This document shows, piece by piece, positions 13,973-24,487 of a stretch of DNA of 64,000 nucleotides. The notes beneath the pieces were generated by a model. The model saw only the letters and a list, made by a program, of their open reading frames with translations, had not been told where the DNA came from and made no database searches. A program made the translations under genes and the position numbers. The DNA is taken from contig NC_088815.1 of NCBI RefSeq assembly GCF_011386835.1, forward strand, positions 9,052,001 to 9,116,000, given 5' to 3'. This DNA is from Chrysemys picta bellii (taxonomy: Eukaryota). Each line of letters begins with the position of its first letter. Position 1 is the first letter of the stretch.

Positions 13973-14052
13973 TCACAACTCGTCATGGGGCGTTTTCGCT
14001 ACAATCACTAGTTTGGACAGTTCGGAACGGAACTTCCCTTCTTTGTGAGCCA
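13973..14052 (-). CDS. MYDGF: MYDGF exon 6 (last coding exon)
   Basis: AG acceptor, then (V)AHKEGKFRSELSKLVIVAKTPHDEL-TGA; 80 nt, phase matches exon 5. Confidence 0.93.
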
Positions 14053-14190
14053 CTAGAATGAGAGAAAACACAACAGGGAGTAAATGGACGATGAAGCATC
14101 AACTATGAGAACCGCCGGTTCCTTCCAAGAGCTCGAGAGGGCAAATCAAAAACTGAACTGCACTGATCACCTACATGTGGAGTGTAGTTG

Positions 14191-14560
14191 CAGCGTTTCT
14201 CAAATGCAGCCACCGTGGCGGGGCAGAGGGGGGGCAAGCTCTGGTCCCAGGGCTTTGGGCTCCCCCGACCCACTGCCATTGCCCCTGGCCCCCCGCTGCC
14301 TCAACCCCTCCATCCAGGGCTTAATTTGTCCCCAGGCTTGACAGGGCTGAGTAAGTCTGCTGTGAAAAGCGATACTTGTATGCTTGTTAATATCACTTTT
14401 CACAACAGACTTACTAGCTGGCAATAAATAGATTGTAATCCAAATCATTGTAATTACTTGTTTTACCTAAAGCTAATTAAGTGTTTTTAGGAAAAAGTGT
14501 GAGCGTGGCCACCAGGAAGGGTTGGTGACCACACTCTGAGGCCACCAAAATATTTGGCCG
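14191..14560. mobile_element. Probable hAT-like DNA transposon remnant in MYDGF intron 5
   Basis: Starts CAGCGTTTCTCAAA with a GC-rich low-complexity interior; right end not resolved. Confidence 0.4.
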
Positions 14561-15012
14561 GTGAACCCCCCACCTTAGAGGCTTATTAATAAAGTCATTG
14601 TCCCCCCTGCACATACATAGTGTGGTAACACCTATGGGATCCAGGAAGGGTTCAGGGCCCCATTTTGTTAGGTGCCGTACAGCCAAGCACCAAAAAGTCA
14701 GTTCCTACCCCAACGAGCTCACAATCCACGGTTACCATTAATACACCACCTGTGATTCGGAATCATCCAGGGCACAGGTGCCTTTCTATCCATCCCCTAT
14801 TAGACTGCCAAGCTCCAGACATGGATCAAAATATACCACAACCATCCACCTGGGTAGTGTATGTAGTTTTTCCATACTTCTGTTGCACATTTGCATCTAG
14901 TCTAAATGCCCATTTCCCCAGGATATACAGAGCTCTCTCTCTCTCTCTCATGTTGGATAAGTGACCTCATCTCCCTCACGAGTCACCCTCTGCTCTTTAG
15001 ATAGCTACATAC

Positions 15013-15085
15013 CTGTGGTTTCGGTGATTTCAAATTCCTCCGCCTTTAAGGGGACGTCGCTCTGTCCACCCGTCGCAGCTTGGGA
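15013..15085 (-). CDS. MYDGF: MYDGF exon 5
   Basis: SQAATGGQSDVPLKAEEFEITETT; 73 nt, AG/GTATGT boundaries. Confidence 0.92.
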
Positions 15086-15960
15086 CTGAAATGGGAAAGA
15101 AGAATTTTTACCCTGTGAGCTAATCCAGAGAGCTTCCATGTTAAACAAAATAATAATCTGGCTCTACTGCCAAAGATCGCTTTGGCTCCTGTAGCTTGTA
15201 ACAACTGGGGTCAAGGGATTAAATCAGCAAAGGAAATTTAGAGGCCAATCTCTGGGAATTTATCCTAGTTCCTCTTAACTTTATTTCCCTGGGGAGGTGC
15301 TGGGAAGGCTCATCATTTGAGACGTTTAGAACTGGATAGGGCAAAGCGTTGCAGAATAGCATGCAGGAGGACAATTCTGCACTGGCCAGGAGTACGGTTT
15401 GAGGAATGGACTGGACCATGGGGGTCATAAAGAGGTTCCATGGGGTTATAAGCTCCCTTCCTTTTTTAATGGCTACATAAACCGGGGGAGGAGGGGAAAA
15501 TTTTGTTTCTGTTGGAACATGGGGTTCCAGTATAGAAGAAGCTATGAACCACAGAACTAAAAAGTCTTTTCTCTCTCATTTCTGTGGTTCTCTAGAAACC
15601 TTTTGTATCTTTTAACGGGTCCAACAGAGGCTTGACACACTGCACAATGAATGACTGGATGGATTGGGCCACAGCTCCCCTCCCCATGCATCCCATAGCA
15701 GCATTGCTTCGGAACTACTGACAAGAGTAGCAACTGGTGTCCATAAAGCCAGCAACCGGTCAAAAAACTTTCAGGGGGCAGGTACTGTATGCTGCACAAG
15801 GGTCCCTTTTTAGCCACGTTTCTGTCCAGAACCACGCTTTAATTCAGTGCACAACAGAGCAATGATTTCATTGCACACATTTTATAGTACAGCTGTCTGA
15901 TCGTTCTGATGTACAGCCCGTCTCCCATATGCCCATTCAAAGTAAGCAGCTGGGACTTAC

Positions 15961-16042
15961 ATAAGCCATGCCATACTCTATCTTTGCTCCTTTCACTTCA
16001 GCTTTAAACTGGGTAAAGAAGAGATAAGACTTTCCTTGGGGC
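15961..16042 (-). CDS. MYDGF: MYDGF exon 4
   Basis: (R)PQGKSYLFFTQFKAEVKGAKIEYGMAY; 82 nt, AG/GTAAGT. Confidence 0.95.
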
Positions 16043-16373
16043 CTGAAAAGGAAGAGCAAAATCTTTGACTTTGAAAAGGTTATCCAGAAGGCACAGAACA
16101 GGAGCGCGCTGCCGGCCCGGCGATTAGAACATCACTGCCGCTCAGGGAAATAGGGATCTGAATTTCGTCCCATGGCTTTCCCAGCTAGCAGGGGTGGAAG
16201 CATTACAGACATCACACTCAGCTGAGGGAGGAGGTGACGTGTATCTCTCTTACTGGCCAACAGGGGTGGGAAGAAATGCTCTGAAAGGAAGCAGGTCTCT
16301 GCTGGAGGCTGGACGTCCCTGTTGTGAACTGGCCCAGCACAAGAAAGGACAGAGGTGCAGTGAGCACATGCGT

Positions 16374-16540
16374 AGGAATAGCTCAGTGGTTTGAGCATTG
16401 GCCTGCTAAACCCAGGGTTGTGAGTTCAATCCTTGAGGGGGCCACTTAGGGAGCTGGGGCCAAATCAGTACTTGGTCCTGCTAATGAAAGGCAGGGGGCT
16501 GGATTTGACCTTTCCCTTCCAGCTCTAGGAGATAGGATAG
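16374..16540 (+). mobile_element. Tortoise-type tRNA-derived Pol III/SINE with CR1-like tail
   Basis: A box TAGCTCAGTGG, B box GAGTTCAATCC, then TCAGTACTTGGTCCTGCT...CCCTTCCAGCTCTAGGAGATAGG. Confidence 0.85.
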
Positions 16541-16923
16541 GTAGTGATCACAGGGTGTACTGTTCCTTCAGGAATGTACCAGGGTTGTGAGGGCTGGACT
16601 CAATGACCTTTCTGAGTCCCTTCCAGCTCTAGGAGATAGGTGCGGTATGGAGATATTCTTTCTCCTGTACTTCCACCTAGTGAGGAAAGGCTGGGGGACG
16701 GCAGGGTTTACAAACTGCTGCCAGGCTAAGGAGGCTGCTGGAAGCCTGAAGATTCCTTTGGGGGCAAAAGCCCCCTAATAATGTGCACAAGGGTTTAGCC
16801 TGAATCCAGCTAGGCTCATCTGTTACCAGGGACTCCAAGTTAGGGAAAGGGGAAATACCACCTAGCATGAAAATGTGCGATGGTTTATCTCCACCCTGAA
16901 TCCTGGCTGCCAACTAAGTCTGA

Positions 16924-17149
16924 GGGCTTGTCTACACTTTAACGCTTCAGTGTAGGCCCTACCTATGCTGATTGGAGGGGTTCTCCTACTGGGCACTCCT
17001 CTGAGAGGTGGTACCTAGGTTGAAAGAATTCTTCCAGCTGTCTGCACTGGGGGTTAGGTCAGCATAGCTAAGTCACGATGGGGTGTCGATTTTTCACCCC
17101 CCTGAGCGCTGTAGCTGGGTCGACCTGGCTTTTTAGTGGAGACCAGGCC
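16924..17149. mobile_element. PIF/Harbinger-like MITE (related copies about 26828-27010 and 53887-54087)
   Basis: Imperfect TIRs GGGCTTGTCTACACT / AGTGGAGACCAGGCC; interior shared with the other copies. Confidence 0.6.
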
Positions 17150-17409
17150 TCAGCGCAGAAGATCCCAGCTGCAGCATGAGGAGGGACAAGCCACCGAATG
17201 AAGAAAAGAAAAGAGTTAAAACGGACCCCTACCAGATCCAAACATGTTACCAAATGACCCAAAAGCCTCAGACCTCTGCAGGAGAGTGCAAAGTGGGAAA
17301 GAGTCTACCACACAGAGAGGCTCTCTGGAGAACTGAATACTGAGAGCAGAGGGGATTCAAGGGACCAGGTACAGAGAACAAGGCATAATTTTAAAAGGAT
17401 TCCACACAC

Positions 17410-17471
17410 CTCCACACTGAACAGGAGAAGAGTTTGTTGTCTTCACTGACTCCAATGCTCATCTGCCATTG
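17410..17471 (-). CDS. MYDGF: MYDGF exon 3
   Basis: QWQMSIGVSEDNKLFSCSVW(R); 62 nt, AG/GT. Confidence 0.94.
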
Positions 17472-17706
17472 CTGTGGAGAGAAAAGGTCTGAACAGTAAA
17501 TCTCGGTAGCATTTACAGTCATGCCCAAAGCAATGGTGCTAGCTACACACATCACAAGCCTCCCCCGCAACAACTGACACTCCCGGGGAGGGATCTCATG
17601 AGAAAGACCAAGACTGGAAACTTAAAGTCACATTCTTCATATTGTGGCTTTATTGCATGAGGAGGGAAAGCTTGAGAAGGGCAGAACATGATTCTCAAAC
17701 GAAGGG

Positions 17707-17909
17707 CAGTGCTTAATTTGTGCCAGGGCTTAGTTGAGCCCCGGCACCTCTGGGCTTGGCCGTTCAGAGCCCCGACACCTCTGGGCTTGGCCGTTCAGAG
17801 CCCCGACACCTCTGGGCTTGCTGCATCAGTTATGCAAGTAAAAAAACTGACAAATTTTGCGTTGACAAAGGGTGATTTGTTAAAACCACACATACACAAT
17901 TAAACACCG
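17707..17909. mobile_element. MITE with internal 31-bp tandem repeat (about 2.8 copies, 17736-17822)
   Basis: TIRs CAGTGCTTAATTTGT / ACAATTAAACACCG; unit GAGCCCCGACACCTCTGGGCTTGGCCGTTCA. Confidence 0.6.
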
Positions 17910-18933
17910 TTTGCCACTTAATTACCCGTGGCTCTTTTTAATAGCTTCACTTCTAGCGGGTGGAATACAGGGGAACCCTTTCCTCTAGCTCCGCTTCTTG
18001 TCAGTACCAACGAAAGGGTGGAGCAGCAGCGGCCCCCTGCCCCACCCTAGAAAAGCCATAACCCCATTCATGCTACAGGGGCTGACCCTTCTCCAGAGGA
18101 AACTGCCACAAGAATTTAAAGTCATTTTGTTCTGTTTGTACAGCAATGGGGCCGTGATCCACGTCTGGGCCTCCTACGTACTATTGCAATACAAGTAATG
18201 ATAAAGTCTTCAAGCCTCTTTAAGAACAGAAAGCCTGTTGGTTGTTTGCACATAGATTTCCCCAGCACCAGTAAGGGGTTGGAAAATACCACGCTCTTCT
18301 AGAGAGAGTTTCTGCCCCATGCCCTCAAAAGCAAAACTAACTACAAAGCTATATAAACATTACAGATATCCAGGACTTGCTAAACACAGCCTTATTGTAG
18401 CACACAAAGACTTCATCCACAGGTGAGGCTGACACAGGTGATTCTCTTTTGCAGACATGCAGTGTTTCCAACTCTCATGATGTTTGTTTGATCTTTTAAA
18501 GCCCCAGCTCCTTGAGTCAGGGGATTACAAAAGACTCTTGGTGGTTGTGGAGAAAAGCTTGAACACACGAATCCTAAAGGCGCAACGATCAGAAGGCAGT
18601 GGAAAAGACGCAAGATTTATTAATTTAAGTCAATAATTATTTTTGCAGGGGGGCTGCTCAAGATGTTTAAACACTTTGGGTTGCTGTGATAGAAACAGAG
18701 GTCTTTCTGGATATAGAAATTATCTTATAAAGAGGGATGCAATTGTTCCTTATTCTTACACTGCAAGATCTAGGAATCTAAATAGACTAATGTTCTCCAG
18801 AGCCCCAGAAAAATGGTGAACAAAGTAATTAGCTACAGTCATTCTACAGACAGACCTCTTGAGAGATTTCTTATTCTACTTCCTTGAAGCCTCTGCACCT
18901 GTGTTTCTTAAGTGAAGTGTTCAAATAACTCAC

Positions 18934-18984
18934 CTCATTGGTCCCTCCCTGAGACGCGTATGTGAATGTGCAGGTGTACTCCCC
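18934..18984 (-). CDS. MYDGF: MYDGF exon 2
   Basis: GEYTCTFTYASQGGTNE; 51 nt, AG/GTGAGT. Confidence 0.94.
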
Positions 18985-19289
18985 CTTGAAAACAGCAGAG
19001 AAAAGTCAGTAGTTTTTCTAAAACAAGATATGCTATGGTACTAGCTATTAGTTGAGCATAAGCAATTTGCTTGGCATTGTACAGAACATATGTAACCTGG
19101 AGAAGCTAGGGGGAATTTAGGTTCTGATTTGCCAAAAGCCCTTAAATTTTCTCTCCAAGCATGAGAAAGTGGTGAAGTATTCACAATTTCCCCCAGAACG
19201 TGGCTATAATATCTTGTTTCCTCTATGCACAGGATCAAGTTTAGTTGGGTTAGTACTCAAGCAGGGGCCTTGCTGCAAGCTGCCTTGAG

Positions 19290-19973
19290 TCGGGTTGCCA
19301 ACTTTCTAATCACACAAAACCGAACAACCCTTCCTTGCCACCCGCTCGCTCCATCCCCCCTCCCTCTGTTGCTCGCTCTTCCCCACCCTCACTCACTTTC
19401 ACCAGGGTGGGGTGGGGGGTTGGAGTATGGGAGGAGGTGAGGGCTCTGGCTGGGGGTGCAGACTCTGGGGTGGAGCCAGAGATGAGGGGTTTGGGGTGCA
19501 AAAGGGGGCTCCGGGCTGGGGTAGGGGTGCAGGAGGGTGTGAGGGCTCCAACCGGGGGGGTGGGCTCTAGGGTGGAATTGGGGATGAGGGGTTTGGGGTG
19601 CAGGAGGGTGTGGGTTCCCGGCAGCATTTATCATCGCTCCGGGGAAGCAGCCACCAGGTTCCTGTGGTCTCTAGGCACATGGGTGGCCACTCCAGGCAGC
19701 TCTGACTTTGTGCCTGCAGGTGCCACCCCCCCGCTGCTCCCATTGGTCACGGTTCCCAGCCAGTGGGAGCTGCGGAGCTGGCCCTGGGGACAAGGGCAGC
19801 ATGCAGAGCCTCCCAGGCCACCCCAGTACCTAGAGGACGCAGGGACCTGGCGACCGCTTCCGGGGGCGGCGCAGAGCCAGAGCACGTAGGAAGCCTGCCT
19901 TAGCCCCGGGCCTCTGCCGCACCACCAACCGGACTTTTAACAGAGTCGAAAACCAGACACCTGGCAACCCTTA
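19290..19973. mobile_element. Non-autonomous hAT element in MYDGF intron 1
   Basis: TIRs GGGTTGCCA / TGGCAACCC; perfect 8-bp TSD GCCTTGAG (19282-19289 and 19974-19981); G-rich interior. Confidence 0.85.
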
Positions 19974-20329
19974 GCCTTGAGGCTGCACTTGATTGGTGTG
20001 GTCCTTCCCTCATACAGCATCCAGTTCAGCTTGGCGACGCTGCTGCAGTGGGGGTCCTGCAGGCTGGGGGCCAGTCTCTGCAGGGCTCAGAGGGGACACT
20101 TGTGGGCAGGGGTCATTGGAGGGTGGCAGGGGTCTAGTCACAGACACGCAGGGATGGGGGGTGCGGAGGGACTCATTGGATGCCTCTGTCCTGAGAACCT
20201 GGGGGGCCCACAGGACAGGCCTTTGGCAGGCGATGGGTGTGTACTGGGGGGGGCGGGGGGCTACCTCTTCCTATCAAAAGGGGGTTACACATGAACACCC
20301 CCAAAAAACCACTGGGGAGGGGCCCATGG

Positions 20330-20900
20330 AGCGACCCCCCTCTACAGCAACTCGGGGAGGGGCTCCAGACTGAAGCAAGGGGGCGGGGCTACAGGCCCGA
20401 TGCCCCGCCCCCCGGCTCAGGACTGCCCCGCCCAACCCCCTCAGCCTGCCCCCGCCGGGAGCCACTTGGCCGGAAGCGGCCCGGACGCGGCCACATTGAG
20501 ACCCACCCCGTTTCCCAGTTCCGCGTCATCCTCCAACCCGCCCTGGCTCTCAGCCAATCAAAGTGGCGGGACGTTTGAGCGACGTGCGGCTCAGCCAATC
20601 AGGGCGTCGTGCCCATACACCTCCCCCCCCTCACCAGGCTCCGGGAGAAGGAATGGACCATCCCGCCGGGCCGCACGTCGAACTCGGCCGTGCTGGGCCC
20701 CTCTTCGGCCGTGGCGAACAGGAGGAGAACGGGGACTAGCCCAGCCCAGAGCCGCCAGGCGCCTACTCCACTGGGCGCCGCCATCTTGGAAGAGATGCCT
20801 CCCTACGGCGAGCCGGAGAGGTCAATTCAGAACGAGGCCGAGCCGGATCACGTGAGGAGCATCCCCAGGCGGCCATCTTGGATGTGGGCAGAGGTACCAG
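20330..20900. promoter_or_regulatory. CpG island / MYDGF promoter region
   Basis: Dense CpG. GC box near 20381, ETS-like CCGGAAG near 20470, two CTCAGCCAATCA boxes (CCAAT at 20554 and 20595), YY1-like GCCATCTT at 20780 and 20872, palindromic E-box TCACGTGA 20848-20855. Confidence 0.75.
20635..20784 (-). CDS. MYDGF: MYDGF exon 1 (signal peptide plus start of mature protein)
   Basis: MAAPSGVGAWRLWAGLVPVLLLFATAEEGPSTAEFDVRPGGMVHSFSRSL followed by a GTGAGG donor. FDVRPGG is a MYDGF signature. Total CDS 498 nt. Confidence 0.95.
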
Positions 20901-21659
20901 GCTGGTAGATTAACCCTTTGGGGACATTCCCATTCTACTCCCTAGAGCCCTGAGGGCAGCAAGGAGGTAGACTGGGCCCCCACCTTGCCATGAGCTAGGG
21001 TGGTGTGGGGGATAGTGCATGCACGAGGGCGCTTCGCTTGCACAAGGGCGACGGCCCATTGTGTGCACGAGGGCGCTTGCACAAGGGTGGTGGTGTTTGC
21101 ACAATGGAGGCCCAGCTGACTGTTTGCAGAGTGGGGCAGGTGGGTGGCTTTGCACGGGGGCGTGTTGGTGCGGTTCTACGGCATCAACGGCTTCTTGGAG
21201 CAGCATGTTGGAAGGAGCAGCACCGTGGGGATGCCGTCCACATAGCGGCACCGTGCAGGGCTCGTGGTGCGGCGTGGGGATGACATTCGCCAGGCATGCG
21301 GCAGTGACGCTGGGGCAGCTTCTCTTAGCAGATGTTTGTGCCACTGTAGAGCTGTGGCACCGTTTGCACAGCAGGGACGGCATTTTCCTTCTGCCACGGT
21401 GACGGCTGTCTCGACTGGTGCTGCCAGGAGCAGGTTCGCAGAGCAATCGAACAGCGGCACTGGGTGATCAATGGTGACCTTGCTCTAGGAACGCTACCAT
21501 AGGAATGGCATGTGCAGAGCCGTTGCTATGATGCCCTCCATGGCAAGGGTCCTGCAGGGTAGTTGAGGATTGAATGGGTGAGATAATATCTTCTGGACAA
21601 ACAGACGTCCAATGAAAGATGTTACCTCCCGCACCTTGTCTTGCTAATATCCTGGGACC

Positions 21660-21962
21660 AACACGGCTACAACAACACTGGCTTGAATTTCAGAGTGGTA
21701 GCCGTGTTAGTCTGTATCACCAAAAGGAACGAGGAGTCCTTGTGGCACTTTAGAGACTAACAAATGTATTTGGGCATAAGCTTTCGTGGGCTACAGCCCA
21801 CTTCATCAGATACATGCGTGTTCTCTGTATATCTATCTATCTATCTTCCTACTGTATTTTCCACTGCATGCATCTGATGAAGTGGGTTTTAGTCCACCAA
21901 AGCATATGCTCAAATAAATTTGTTAAGTCTCTAAAGTGCCACAAGGACTCCTTGTTCTTTTT
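21660..21962. mobile_element. Penelope-like element pLTR fragments in inverted arrangement
   Basis: GTAGCCGTGTTAGTCTGTATC...GTGGCAC...AGAGACTAACAAA...GCATAAGCTTTCGTGGG, then its reverse complement at 21866-21960. Confidence 0.8.
21774..21813 (-). ncRNA. Minimal type I hammerhead ribozyme motif (Penelope-derived), core intact
   Basis: Minus strand reads GUAU-CUGAUGA-A-GUGGG-CUGUAG-CCCAC-GAAA-GCUUA^UGC: conserved CUGAUGA and GAAA core, 5-bp helix II, palindromic AAGCUU helix III, UUA cleavage triplet. Confidence 0.7.
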
Positions 21963-23990
21963 ACTGGATTGAATGGCTCCTTTTCACCCCCTACAGGTCA
22001 GTATGCTGGCCGCACACCATGGGAGAAGTTTGCACTGCTGCTCACTGCCCCTATTTGATAAGGAGAGGATTTCATTCTCCAGGGCTGTCAAATAGGCCAG
22101 CACTAAATTAGCCCCCCCACCCCACCCCCAAACCATCAAATAAAAAATCTCCTCTTCCCTCCATCTCTTTCAGGTCAGTGTCCGTTGGGTCTGGGTCATA
22201 TGCTCATGCAATGACCTTAACCAGCCCAGGCCCCCTGCTAAAAATGAGGGACTGGCTGCTCTTTGACAGAGGGGCTGCGGAGAGCCAGCGCTGCTGCCTG
22301 TAAGCGCAGAAATCAATCTAACTGTTCCTGAAGCTGGCTGTGAAATGCTTGATTTATACCATAAGTGCAGCTTGCGATTTCACAGAGCGAGGGGCAAATA
22401 AAGCTGAAGGAGCTGCTAATTCTCTCATAAATCTCGGGAGGCTTAGCATGAAGGACACCAGCTGGGCTGAGTGTTGTATGCTGCAAAGCGAATTGTCAAA
22501 CCAGGCTTCCAAGGCACAGGGCAGCTTCGGTGCAGCGTCCCGAGAATAGGCCAGAACAGCGACAGCAGTAACAAGGCTCATTGAGCAGAATTCTGGACTC
22601 CCCCCGCCCTTCACACATGCTGATGCTGCTCGGTTTGCAGAGCTCTTGGAAGCCTGGCGAAGAGACAGGTGGATGTCTGCCGCTGGCATGGGCAGGTGTT
22701 CGCTGCCTGAGGTCCAGGGGTGACCTACGGGTCACTCTTTTGGGCTGGTACATTGACAGATTTGAACAGTCGCAGGCATGAAGCACCAGGGGCCACCCTC
22801 CCAGACTCTAGCTTTCAGCGGAGAGCTTTACCCCTCGCCCACAGCCACCTGCTGCTTCTGTAACAAGCAAGGAATACAGCCTAGAAGGGCGGGATTGATG
22901 GGAAGGGGATCCAAGCACATGAGACCTCACTGCAACAATAGATGAAGCTGCTATCCCCTTTCTCCAGCGGGCCTCAAAGGGCTTTACAAACTCCACGGCA
23001 GGCCATTTGGGCGGTATTCTCACCCACCTGCTGGGGATGGGGAAACCGAGGCACAGAAATGGGCCCCAAGGTGTGTCAGAGTTGAGAATAGTGCTCTGTT
23101 CTCTTGCTTCCCCGTTCTAACCATTGGGCAGTACTCCCCTTTTGCTTTACTCAAACGTTGTTGGGTAATGGTCATTTTAACAGCCCCGTGGGTTTTTTGT
23201 TTTACAAATACCAAAGAAAATGAAAAACAAGGTGTAAAATAAAACAAAAACTCCCCTGCAGTGGCAGATACCGCCTGTGAGGTTGAGCCTGGGGACCTAG
23301 TGCACGGGGTAGCAGCAGCACTTGGGTTTGGCCCAGCTGCCCCTCTGTCATGATGGTGGGAGATGGCTGGGCCAAATTTGAGTGAGTAGCGTTGCAAGCT
23401 GGCGCATAGGGCCAAAGAGTCTGGGGTGGGTTTGCATTGCAAACTCCCCCCACCCCGGCTTCCTACTCCACTGGAACCAGCATCTGACCCTCCTCTGGCT
23501 GGAGAAAATGAAACCACACAAAATTCCCCCCAAAAATAAAATGAAAAATGATATAGAGAATTTGATGGGGTTCTAATCACTTTCTTTCTCCCTGGCATCA
23601 TCATATCCGAATAAAGAGGGTCTGGGGAGCAAATGTAACGGGACCTCTTTATATGGCTTCTTGCCTTGTTGTTCCTGTTTGGTTGTAAATATGTATCTTC
23701 AAGACAGTAAGCTCTGCGGTCTTAGATCATGCCTGCACAGAGGCAGTGCTTTAACAATACAGACTCAGGTTACAGGCACTTCTACACCTTCCCATCATCA
23801 TCTTCGTGGTTTTGTTGGCAGCCGGTTTGGCACGGTCTCCACGGGCTTTTGGGCTTTAGCTAAAGAGGAAAATGGGATCCAACAGCTAAGGGAACTTGTA
23901 AGGTGTATAGAAAGCTCCTACGGAGAAGCATCTTTAATCATCTTTCAAACCCACAAGGAGACTGGTTTTCACACTGAGAGGAAAACATTC

Positions 23991-23996
23991 TTTATT
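23991..23996 (-). terminator. Candidate cathepsin polyadenylation signal
   Basis: AATAAA on the - strand about 290 nt downstream of the stop at 24285. Confidence 0.55.
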
Positions 23997-24284
23997 TTAT
24001 GACTACGTTGGACAGAACACTAAGCCTCGTTCAGCGATGCTGCGGCGTGACCAGAACAGGACTTACCCAGGCTTGCAAGAGCAATTTGCTGCACAACTTT
24101 TAATCGCTTCTAAACCCATGTAAATCGCAGCTAAGAATCAGCCCAGAAATCACTGCCAGGAGCAAAAAGAATCTCCATGCTGGAGACGATCAAGTCATTT
24201 AGACTGTGGGAAGAAAAAAAACCCACGCAGTATGCGAGGCCTTCTGCCATGCAGGCCCAGGGCAGGAGGAAAACCCAGCACCGG

Positions 24285-24384
24285 CTACAAGACGGGATAG
24301 CTGGCTTGATTGGCCACACCACAGTGATTGTTGGCTCCTTTCGCCAGCCGGATGTAACCTTTTTCGCCCCATAGCTCAGACCAG
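24285..24384 (-). CDS. Cathepsin L/K/S-like cysteine protease, coding exon 7 (last)
   Basis: (S)[35 protein letters not shown]; 100 nt, AG acceptor, phase 2 matches exon 6. Confidence 0.92.
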
Positions 24385-24487
24385 CTGCGGGAAGATAAAG
24401 TGAAGAGAGCATGAGAGAATCTCTGTGGGATCTGAAGGGCGTTTGAACATTATAATGAGAAAGAAAAGTTGTCCCAATATGCTAGAC

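Noticed and set aside
16374-16445. tRNA gene
   Set aside because: It has A and B boxes but continues into a SINE body and CR1-like tail, with no complete cloverleaf.
17736-17822. CRISPR-like array
   Set aside because: Contiguous 31-bp tandem repeat with no spacers, inside a eukaryotic MITE.
20540-20900. Canonical ER stress element for MYDGF
   Set aside because: Neither CCAAT is followed by N9-CCACG, and I found no ATTGG-N-CCACG.
21870-21909. Active hammerhead on the + strand
   Set aside because: Core GAAA is CAAA and the helix III palindrome and cleavage triplet are mutated.
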